A stretch of DNA of 64,000 nucleotides from Chrysomallon squamiferum (Eukaryota; Animalia; Mollusca), in the NCBI GenBank assembly GCA_012295275.1, contig CM022665.1, positions 31,000,001 to 31,064,000 of the forward strand, given 5' to 3'. The position numbers and the translations under genes are program-made. This document shows positions 56,363 to 64,000 of this stretch, in pieces. The stretch's first letter is position 1. Every line of letters starts with the position of its first letter. Under the pieces are notes generated by a model. It ran no database searches. It saw nothing but the letters and a program-made list of their open reading frames with translations, and was not told the DNA's origin.

Positions 56363-56778
56363 TTCATCATTTGGATTATACAAGTATTATGCATTTAAAA
56401 TGTAAAATTATACACTGATTATGTTAAAGAAATGAAGATGTAAATATACATAACATCAGTCAAAATATATGCAGATCATACAAAGATTGTAAACGGTATG
56501 TACATAAAACAGAATTATTTTTCAAAAACAAAACAGACCCATATTTGAAAGTATTCAGTTTCAGTAAGCTAGGATCAACAAAACTAAATACACCCTCATA
56601 ATATGAATATAAAACAATACATTTTGAAACACTATAATTAAGACACAGTCTTACTTAAATGCAGAGACAGAATACTGCAGTGATAAATAAAACAAGAGGA
56701 ATATGTTTGATTATAAAATGTAAAAAATAACAGAAAAACAATTGTTAATACTGATATCACCATTATTTAACCATCATG

Positions 56779-56841
56779 TACACATTTGTCTCCAACCAAA
56801 CCCGTCATACATGACTTAAAGTTTGGTTATCATTCTGTGTA
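56779..56841 (-). promoter_or_regulatory. Type II SECIS element in the SELENON 3' UTR
   Basis: RNA: UACACA-GA-AUGAU-AACCAAACUU-U-AA-GUCA-UGUA-UGAC-GGGUUUGGUU-GGAG-ACAAA-UGUGUA. Helix I 6 bp; AUGA/GA core; helix II 10 bp; unpaired AA 12 nt after the core UGA; apical mini-stem. About 840 nt downstream of the stop codon. Confidence 0.9.
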
Positions 56842-57359
56842 TCACTGAAGTAAATAGGATAAAAACAGTATAAACAATTGATAATATTACTCCATGATTA
56901 TGCTTACAAAACATAAAACAATAGTTATTTTATGCATAATAAATTTGTATGATTATAATATAAAAGCATATCTTTCAAAACAAAATATTTGGATGTAAAT
57001 ATATTAAAGCATGTCATATATTTGTTTACATTTTATCAAACTGTTAAACATCACAATAGGGTTAAAAAAATCTGATTGGAGCAACATAAAATTCAAACAT
57101 TTCTTTATTAAAAAAACCACATCTTATTTTCTTCTTCACTTCAGTATAGATTTTTTATTGCTCATGTAAATTAACTGTATAACAATTAAATGTACAAATA
57201 TAAGTATAAATTTTGGTTAGATTTTTCAGTCAGTTTTTAAAATACATACTGAATTTGTAATTTATACAGAAAAAAATGATTAAATCAAAAAAGTGTACAC
57301 AGTTCCAAAAGTTTTACAGATATTTCATCAAACAAATATCATGAAACTTACCCCTACAG

Positions 57360-57390
<31 letters not shown>

Positions 57391-57678
57391 TCATGTACAA
57401 TATAGTATCACATAAAATTTCACCCCCCTCAAAAAAGAGCTTTATTATGGCATGTGAGATCTCATGAATAGAAAAAAAATCTCAACATTAAGCTGAAACA
57501 TCTACAATTTTAATGTAAAGAATTAGTAATAAATCATAACTAGTTTTTCAATTTTCCATTAAAATTTGTTAAAACAGAGATTACAAAACTTAAAATGGAG
57601 AGAAATCTTATACTGAACAGTATTATGACATAAATATTGTACATTAATTAACACAAAGAAATGTTGCAAAATATACAG

Positions 57679-57777
57679 CTACTCTTCTGCTAATTTGATT
57701 CCCTTCTTCAGGAACTGTTCATAAAGGTATGTGTCTTTGTCTTTTAACCTGGAAGAATTAATAATAATTATACAGAT

Positions 57778-57808
<31 letters not shown>

Positions 57809-60800
57809 TGTGTGTGTGTTTCAGAGATATCTTTAATGCAAGATAATATTAATCATCATATTCCATGATTCTTAATGTACCACACTGATAAATAACAGCC
57901 AGAACTTATATATTTTTAAGATATGAAAACAAATTTAACCAAATATATTAAAGATTTTAGTCTGTTTGAAACATTACTTGTGATCAGCAGCAGTTTATTT
58001 TGACTGTTTGGTAACTTGCAATAAACAGATATCTTACCCTGCTTCTAACAGTGACACTTTGGTGTCTAGAAAGTCATTAGCATTGATCTTGTGAACTATT
58101 GTTCCATTAGGCAAGGCAATTATCATCATGACAGGAAATTCATACACTCTGAGAAACTCTTCAGCTTGTTTTGAATATCTTGCTGAAGAATCATTCTTCA
58201 GCTCCTGAAACAGAATTTTTCCATTAATAATTCAGAAAATTATATATAAAAATGCTAAATACATATTCTAATATGTTATTTGATGCAAATATATCTTCAT
58301 CTGTTATTGTTATATTTGCAAGATAGTAAATAATAAAACCTCAACCCCCCCAAAAAAATAAATAGTAATAATAATAATAATAAATAAATTAAGAATTAAA
58401 AAAATGTCATTAATCTATATGTTTGTAATATTTTATGCTTTCAAATCAAGCTATATAGCTCAGAAAAAAATACACATTACATTTTTATTTTACGTTTTAT
58501 TTTAGTTTATTTTTAAATACAGTTGTATTCTGTAGTCTTTGCTTCCCTTTTTTATTAAATATTCTTTGAAGGAATAAAAATAATTTTGTAACATCATCAA
58601 AAAGTAAGGCTAACAAGAAAAAATCCTCTTTATTATTGTAAGAGATCATGACAACTCACTTCCAAGTCAACAACAAGTGACCAAGAACTGATGAACTTCT
58701 CAGAAAGTAGGTCAAGAATGGGCGAACTCTCAAGAACAGTTTCTCGAAGAGTCCGCCCTGAACCTCAGCAGCTTTGATCATCTAAAGCTCCCCACAGAAT
58801 TATTGAGTGAACAAATTTGTGTTCTACTGAAGCCTTGTCAAGTGCTGTTGTGAAATTATAATATGGTACCTATCGATAAAAAAACATTCTTCATTAATAT
58901 ATACTCTTTACCTAATTTTTTTTTCTCTCTGTCCATCCATGTGTGGTGTGTGTATGTATGCTTACATGTGCGCATGCAAAAATGCATTTTATGTTTAATT
59001 TACTCTTTGCAAGAGGATAAAACTTCCAAACAGCCAAAGAAAATTCTATTTCCATTTATTTAAGAAGTCAAGAACCAAGAAACAGTCAGACATATATACT
59101 GTTCTCACCTTTTTAAAAGGATACATTTTCTTTTCCAGTAAATTCAGTGCTTTTTCATGAGTAATTTCTTCATTCCACTTGATATTTTTTATTACTTTAT
59201 GAAAATCTGGATCAGGTAAATGTGCCATTTCTCTAAGAAAGTGCTCATCCTCCAAAATTTTCTTTGATGGAGCACTATTGTTGAGGGCCATCAAGGGAAG
59301 ATACCCCAGATCTACTTCCATGTTTTCATTTTCATCAGGACCATTAAGCCATTCCATATCTTAAAAGAACATACAAAAAAAGAAACAGTTAGATATTTAT
59401 TGACAGTGGTTTGTCTGTGATGTTTTTAAAATTTAACAATTATTTAACATTAAAGGAACTCAACACAAAGTATTGCCAAGAATACACTGCACATTTCAAT
59501 TTTTTTTTTTACTTCTTCATTCAAATACTATGCAACAAACAGTGTGATAACCTTTTTCTGTTCTAATTATTTATTAAATTCTAAAAAAAATTATTATTAT
59601 TTATATCTTTTTATCAAAAGTTAACAAACCATTAAAACTGTTTTTAATCTAATTTTTAAAAAGTATTACTGTTCAGCATTACAATCTCAATAGCAACTAA
59701 CCTACATTCAGTTTCCTGTCAGTGGGTACTACCATGTTAAAACTGATGACACTGGATGAGTCTTTCTTCATGATGATGCTGCCTGTGAACTGTGCTGGGG
59801 TGAACCACATGGGGTAATATGGAGGATCATTAAGCTGAAACTCTGCGTGAATTCTAAACAGATAAATGAAATTTTGAAAGAATTTTCTAACAGTTATTTT
59901 CAGTGGAAGAATTTCCAGTTCCCTGTAGCGTAATTAAATATAAATTAATATACATTAATTTTCTAGTACATTATAATATTGTAATATGATTAGTTAGTAC
60001 TAAATTTAATTTATAAACCTGAAGTATTTTATTTGTAATGTGTTATATATGAGAAGGATAAAACTCAATAAATCTTGTATCATTTGTAATATCTCAAAAA
60101 AAGAGTAAAAAAAGAAATTAACTATCCAAAACATCAAACAAATGGAATCAATGTTTTTCAGATGAAATATGTTTTTCACATGTTTAAAATGTTAATTACT
60201 TTTATGACTGTTATTTGTAAGACGAACCTGAAGACAATTTCAACATATTGTTCATTAATTGCTCGAACTGTTGCTACAGAACCCTGAGGAGCAAAGCGTG
60301 ACATGACAAAAGGATGAGGGTGAAAAAGAGTGAGAAGACGATGAATGATAACACCAGGTCCTTCAATTTTCCGTGGGTAGTAACGGTTACTGGAAAGTAA
60401 CGAACCAATTGTTTTTGCTGGAGGTTCTATGATCCAGTAAACTTTGCCCACTTCTGTTGGTTTTGGATAGTTTGGTAAAAAATCTTGGAAGTGATGGGCA
60501 CCAAAGTTTAGGTTTGCAATGGCTGGTGTCAGCCAAGTCTTCAGTCCATGCAATGTGTCTGAACTACCGAAAACCTTGAAAAAAATAAAAATGATAATAA
60601 TTTTATTAGTAATCATGGATCAGTTAAAAGAATATTCAAATGCAGTTTTGGGGATGCTCTCCATATCTACAATACTGATAAATATTAACAAATTTATTGA
60701 CTGATATTATTTTTTAGCCAGGTTTAGGTGAAAATAATATTTTAATTTTAAAAAATTGGAAGTACAGTATCTGTAAAACTACATAATTATATGATTGTTT

Positions 60801-62474
60801 TGGTCACCCTAAATTTATGTTTGTTGTTTGATAAACAGTTTGTATGCATTGGTGTACTTACAGTGTATATCTTTACTGTTACTTTAAAAACAACTGAATA
60901 ATCAGAACCATTGTTTTCTTGTTTTTCTGTGTTATTTCTCTCTTCTTAATTAATTATTATTTCAAAATCATACTAAAAATGACCCACTTAGTCTTTATGA
61001 ATTTCTCTGATCTGTCCCTTTTTTAAAATACAAAGTAGTTTTTTATATTTCCAAAATATTTCATTTTACAATAAATGAATCTTGCTGATTACTGAAGTGA
61101 ACAAATATTAATACTCATACAGTGTTTTGTTCCTTGGTCATAGTTTCCAGCCTCAGAGGGATGAAATGTGAGTAGATTGTAATCACTTCATCATCATTGT
61201 CAATTTTTGGTGAATATAGTTCAAGGTTAGAAAACTGAAAGAAAAACAAATTAAAAGAATTAAGACATCATCATCAGTTATCTCAGATTGAATAAAATCA
61301 GTTTATTCAAAAAATAATTATAATTTATACATTCAGTATTTATGCAATTGTAAGTCATTTTCACTTCAAATGATATGCATTTTATTTTGAAAACTAGTTT
61401 TATGTATTTTTTAAATTAGTGCTGTAGAAAAAAATAAAATTAATGTTAATAATTTTGTAAAAGTTAATAAATATGACACTGATATAGGTCATCTGTTTAT
61501 GCTAAATATACATGGTAATTAAAATATAGTACACTTGTATAACTGATCATAAAATTATATTATTAAAACAATCAATATGTTCAATAAAATCATTTGGTTA
61601 ATTTTTAATTATAGAGAAGATTTAAATATATATATATATATATAGACACACATTTTTGTTGGTTTTTTTTTGTTTTCAAAAACAGTAGTTGTTGTAATCA
61701 ACGTACTGACATACATTACTTCGTAATTCATTTGATAATAAATACAGAATCTGTATCTGCCATTATCTGCTGAATAAATAAAATAATAAAAGAGTTCAAT
61801 TCTGTCAGTAGTATCAATGACTTATTCAAGATATGTGACTGTAGCACAATGGCTGGGTGCTAACCTCAGCCACTATAGGCTACAGGATCAGTCTTCACTG
61901 ATACTCTCACTGGGCAAACTTAAACCTTGGCCAGTTTATATAAGTTAATAGTAAATCATGAATGCTTTCTTTTTTTTTTAATTATATATTACAGTCAATG
62001 TTAAATCATAAATTATATTATTTTATTAAATAATTATCAATATTACTTTTAAAAAAAAAAAAAAAAAAAAAACAAAATTTAAAAAATAATAATAATAATT
62101 TTGCTAAATTTACTTACATTTGATTCGACAAGTCTCCGAAAGAATATTTCAAATTCTGATGGTGACAAATACCCATCTTTGTTCGTATCATGCAGTTTGA
62201 ATAAATTGTAACCCGGTCCGAACCACGTCCTGCTTTCATCTTGCTCGAATGGCAAGGTATTTTCATGATTTCTATTTTTTAAGTGGTCATAGGTCAGAAA
62301 ACTACCTAATATAATGGCTCCAAAACATACAAACAATGACACTCCTACAAATAACCATGTTGGAACTGTTTTGGCAGATTCTTCGATTCCAGATTTTGTA
62401 TCGACTGTATCTGATTTCTTGCTTAAGTTACTCAAATTACTGTCGTTTTTGTTGGGCTCTTTTTTAGAGGCCAT
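57679..62474 (-). CDS. SELENON: Selenoprotein N, 8 coding exons, about 555 aa, in-frame UGA = selenocysteine at 58765-58767
   Basis: Exons 62474-62118, 61234-61121, 60574-60228, 59853-59702, 59359-59109, 58869-58660, 58204-58038, 57748-57679 (1668 nt, phases consistent). N-terminal TM helix and EF-hand loop [12 protein letters not shown]. Motifs [68 protein letters not shown]. Confidence 0.97.
58733..58759 (-). promoter_or_regulatory. Selenocysteine redefinition element (SRE)-like hairpin 3' of the Sec codon
   Basis: UGA GGU UC[AGGGCGG-AC-UCU-UCG-AGA-AA-CUGUUCU]: a 7-bp lower stem (3 G-U pairs) plus a 3-bp upper stem. It lies at the same position as the vertebrate SEPN1 SRE. Confidence 0.65.
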
Positions 62475-63629
62475 ATCGAATGCATCACACTGATACCAAG
62501 ACTGTTATTTAACAAATTCATTTAATAGTTTTCGATATCGTTAACATAAACATCAGTGATACGACTTCAGTTTCTAACGTTTTTAAAACGTCCCACTCGT
62601 GATAGCTCAACTACCTCAGTACCTGTGAAATAAATATTTCAATCGTATAATATTATACATTTATTTTCAGTGTTTTTCATAATCTCTGAAACATTAGTTG
62701 TATTTCTATAATGTGTAATAAACGAATGAAAATATTCGCAAAAGGTGAAACTAAAAATCAGCTGTTCGTTACTCCTGAAAATATTTGCACTATATTATAT
62801 TCTGCGACGACTGTAACCGGAACTACTTCAAAAATTAGGTCAGTAAAGGAATTCTCTAGGAATTCCCACAATATTCTATTTTAAACATCAAACAATTATC
62901 GTAAGCTGTCAGAGATTGATATCGGTATTCAAAAACACCAAAGCTTATCTTTCAAATTTTAATTTATGCACATCTATTTCATCTTTTTCTAATAATTAAA
63001 CAATGGAAATAAGAACTCATGATTAATTATTGCCATATTTGTAAAGGAATGGAGTAGAGTAATACTAAATTAAAAAGTCTATCGACTCAATGTATTCAAA
63101 CGCGAGTGCACGTGCTTACAAACATATGTGTGCATCGACTTTTGCCTAATTTGGGTCAAGCTTAAATGACGTTAACAGCAAAAAAGGTGAAGGACAAAGA
63201 AAGTATGTTATGCAAATAGCTTGTCTAGGTAAATTAGTAGTTAAAACATTTCTTAAAAAAGGAGACAGATTTAAACACAGGATTAATTAATTATTAATTT
63301 TTTAGTGATTTTATAATTAAATTAATTAATTTAAATGCTTTTCTAAGTTTTCTTTCCATTACGATAATGCGGCTACACTGATGAAAACCCTACTATGAAT
63401 CAAAACGAAAGTTCAAAGTTGAATTTGTTAACTAATATTTGCCGAAATTGTTTGCAAATCACTATTTATGTTACAGACTGGATACAATGTGTAGTTAATG
63501 ATGAGTCTTAGAGCTTTATGGATCATTAGTTTGCCGGCAAACAGAAAAGGAAAATGTTTGTATTTTAGGTAAAATTAAGTTGAATATCGTTCAGTATGAC
63601 AATTATTAAGTAACAGTGTATTACCGTAT

Positions 63630-63632
<3 letters not shown>

Positions 63633-63683
<51 letters not shown>
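63633..63683. repeat. (AAT)n microsatellite
   Basis: Perfect run. Other simple repeats lie at about 16394-16462, 23663-23708, 46392-46448, 48524-48568, 49723-49790, 51237-51289, 55544-55587 and 57782-57818. Confidence 0.95.
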
Positions 63684-63686
<3 letters not shown>

Positions 63687-64000
63687 CTGTAACCACTAGC
63701 AGGAAAGCTTAAGAGTAGGCCTAAAAGTCAAATATATTGAATATAGTGAAGAAACTAAGTAAAAAACAAACAAAAAAACAAAACAGAAGAGACAAATTCT
63801 GTATGTCAAGAACTAGAATAATGTCACTGCAGAAAGGAAAACAACACTTAAAAGAATTAAGTATTAAAGTCTCAAGTAAATTAACAATATGATGAAAGTC
63901 AGCTTATTCAGAATATTTATTTATACTTAAATATTTAATTTTGTGTGTGTGTATGGATAAATGACATGGGATTATTCTATGGTATTTTAAAGTATTGCGT

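Noticed and set aside
58765-58767. TGA as a nonsense mutation (pseudogene)
   Set aside because: It is the known Sec position of SELENON, downstream exons are conserved and a SECIS is present.
62598-62620. let-7-like start (TGAGGTAGTTGAGCTATC on the minus strand)
   Set aside because: Only the first 9 nt match let-7 and no star arm or hairpin follows; it lies in the probable SELENON 5' UTR.

Overview
AT-rich, microsatellite-laden animal genomic DNA with spliceosomal introns. It is an invertebrate, most plausibly a mollusc or other lophotrochozoan (inferred from composition and protein style, not proven). Most entries in the ORF track are microsatellite artefacts. Positions ~1-19 kb hold no recognisable coding exon and alternate CpG-retaining, TF-motif-dense islands with simple repeats, resembling a developmental-gene regulatory desert. 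The rest holds five genes reconstructed exon by exon: a four-domain Kunitz protein (+, terminal exon only); symplekin (+, 33 coding exons, two GC-AG introns, long RE/RD tail); a trimeric-type purine nucleoside phosphorylase (+) with Asp at the position of human Asn243; DPY30 (-); and selenoprotein N (-) with its in-frame UGA, an SRE-like hairpin and a type II SECIS. The best leads are the natural N243D-type PNP (candidate adenosine phosphorylase), the symplekin mixed-charge/RG tail with decayed exon copies, and the compact tetra-Kunitz protein.
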